Part shown: positions 29,477-30,522 of the stretch, in pieces
Numbering within the stretch: position 1 is the stretch's first letter
How the letters are laid out: each line of letters begins with the position of its first letter
Assembly (NCBI GenBank): GCA_041640455.1
Contig: JBEQAF010000017.1
Span: 1 to 30,522, forward strand
DNA: 30,522 nt
Direction: 5' to 3'
From: a bacterium
Lineage (GTDB): Bacteria; CALINM01
The notes under the pieces: model-generated
The model's input: the letters and a program-made list of their open reading frames with translations, nothing else
What the model was told of the DNA's origin: nothing
Database searches by the model: none
Position numbers and translations under genes: made by a program

Positions 29477-30520
29477 TTAACCTCCGACTTTTTTTCTTTT
29501 TTCTTTTATCTTCCGCTCAAAATCTTCTTTCTGGTAACTATTGATAACCTGGGCTTTCCTTAGCATTGCCCTTCTTGCCTGTCCTACTCCGAACTTCATA
29601 TTTTTAAGCTGGTTTGAATTATGGGAGTCTGTTCCGATCACAAAGCTTACTCCGTATTCGCTGGCGATCCTTATATTGATATCATTTAAATCAAGCCTAT
29701 CAAAATAGGCGTTAATTTCCAGAAAGGTTTTTGTGGCTTCTGCCTTTTTGAATATTTCAATAAGGTTAATATTGTAGGGCTCTCTGGTATTTAATATTCT
29801 GCCAGTAGGATGTCCGATGGCAGTTACATAGGGGTTCTCCATTGCCTTTATAACCCTTTTTGTCATCAGCTCTTCTGTGTCCCGGAAGCCCGAATGTATG
29901 GAAGCTATGACAAAATCCAGTCTCTTTAAAATCTCATCGGAATAATCGAGAGAACCATCATGTTTTATATCCACTTCTGAGCCTTTAAATATCTTAAAAT
30001 CTCCTAACTCTCCGCTTTGGTTAATTTTTTCAATCTCCTCAATCTGTTTTAAAAGTCTATCCGACTCAAGCCCCTTTGCAATTTTCAGGCTCTCGGAGTG
30101 ATCTGTAACCACCATATAAGAGTAACCCATAGTTTTGGCAGCTTTAGCCATGGAAAGTATAGTTTCACCACCGTCACTGTAGCTGGAATGTACATGCACA
30201 TCGCCTTTTATATCACCGTAGTCTATAAGCTCAAGCAATAAACTATTAAGCTCACCTGACTTAGCCAGTTCTATCTCTCCCGTATCTTCTCTAAGCTCAG
30301 GTGGAATATATACAAGTCCGAGAAGTTTATAAATCTCATCCTCCCTTTCACCAGCAATAAACTTTTCCCCTTTAAAAATGCCATACTCATTAATTTTATA
30401 TCCCAGATCCTTTGCAATGCCTCTAAGCTTTACATTATGCTGCTTTGAGCCCGTAAAATACTGAAGGCAGGCACCAAAAGACCTCTCCTCTACCACCCTG
30501 ATATCTGCCTGCAAGCCATT
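29477..30520 (-). CDS. polX: DNA polymerase X family protein with PHP domain, C-terminal part (5' end outside the window)
   Basis: PolX motifs GLQADIRVV, YFTGSKQHN, NEYG and IPPELRE, then PHP metal ligands HVH, TDH, EVD, H, GHP and DSH. The frame is open to the window edge. Confidence 0.93.
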   Translation of the reverse strand, partial: NGLQADIRVVEERSFGACLQYFTGSKQHNVKLRGIAKDLGYKINEYGIFKGEKFIAGEREDEIYKLLGLVYIPPELREDTGEIELAKSGELNSLLLELIDYGDIKGDVHVHSSYSDGGETILSMAKAAKTMGYSYMVVTDHSESLKIAKGLESDRLLKQIEEIEKINQSGELGDFKIFKGSEVDIKHDGSLDYSDEILKRLDFVIASIHSGFRDTEELMTKRVIKAMENPYVTAIGHPTGRILNTREPYNINLIEIFKKAEATKTFLEINAYFDRLDLNDINIRIASEYGVSFVIGTDSHNSNQLKNMKFGVGQARRAMLRKAQVINSYQKEDFERKIKEKRKKVGG

Positions 30521-30522
30521 TA

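Overview
This is a gene-dense, AT-rich bacterial chromosomal segment (GC roughly 35-38% by eye). It comes from a diderm organism (TolC, BamD). The gene content (DivIVA with yggT/yggU, a MetF-MetV fusion, a DUF4388/DnaJ/TPR protein) suggests a deltaproteobacterium-like or Nitrospirota-like anaerobe, which is inference only. Plus strand, in order: a partial HD-GYP protein, a membrane metallophosphoesterase, a TolC/MFP/RND efflux operon, acetoacetate-CoA ligase, a minus-strand initiator tRNA-Met, a ~500 bp gene-free patch with a palindrome and possible gene relics, a stand-alone monoheme cytochrome c behind a perfect Fur-type palindrome, the cluster queA-tgt-yajC-secD-secF-proC-yggT-divIVA-yggU-bamD-TPR, an MTHFR with a fused 8-Cys MetV-like domain, an NAD-dependent epimerase and a DUF2238 protein. 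Minus strand: polX (partial), DAHP synthase, then a biotin operon with a BirA-type operator. The best novelty candidate is a 616-aa protein inside that operon, between bioB and bioF. It has a receiver-like/DUF4388-like/MshEN-like/J-domain/TPR architecture, and the operon has no pimelate-supply gene. No mobile element, CRISPR array or rRNA was seen. All family assignments rest on recognised motifs, not database searches.
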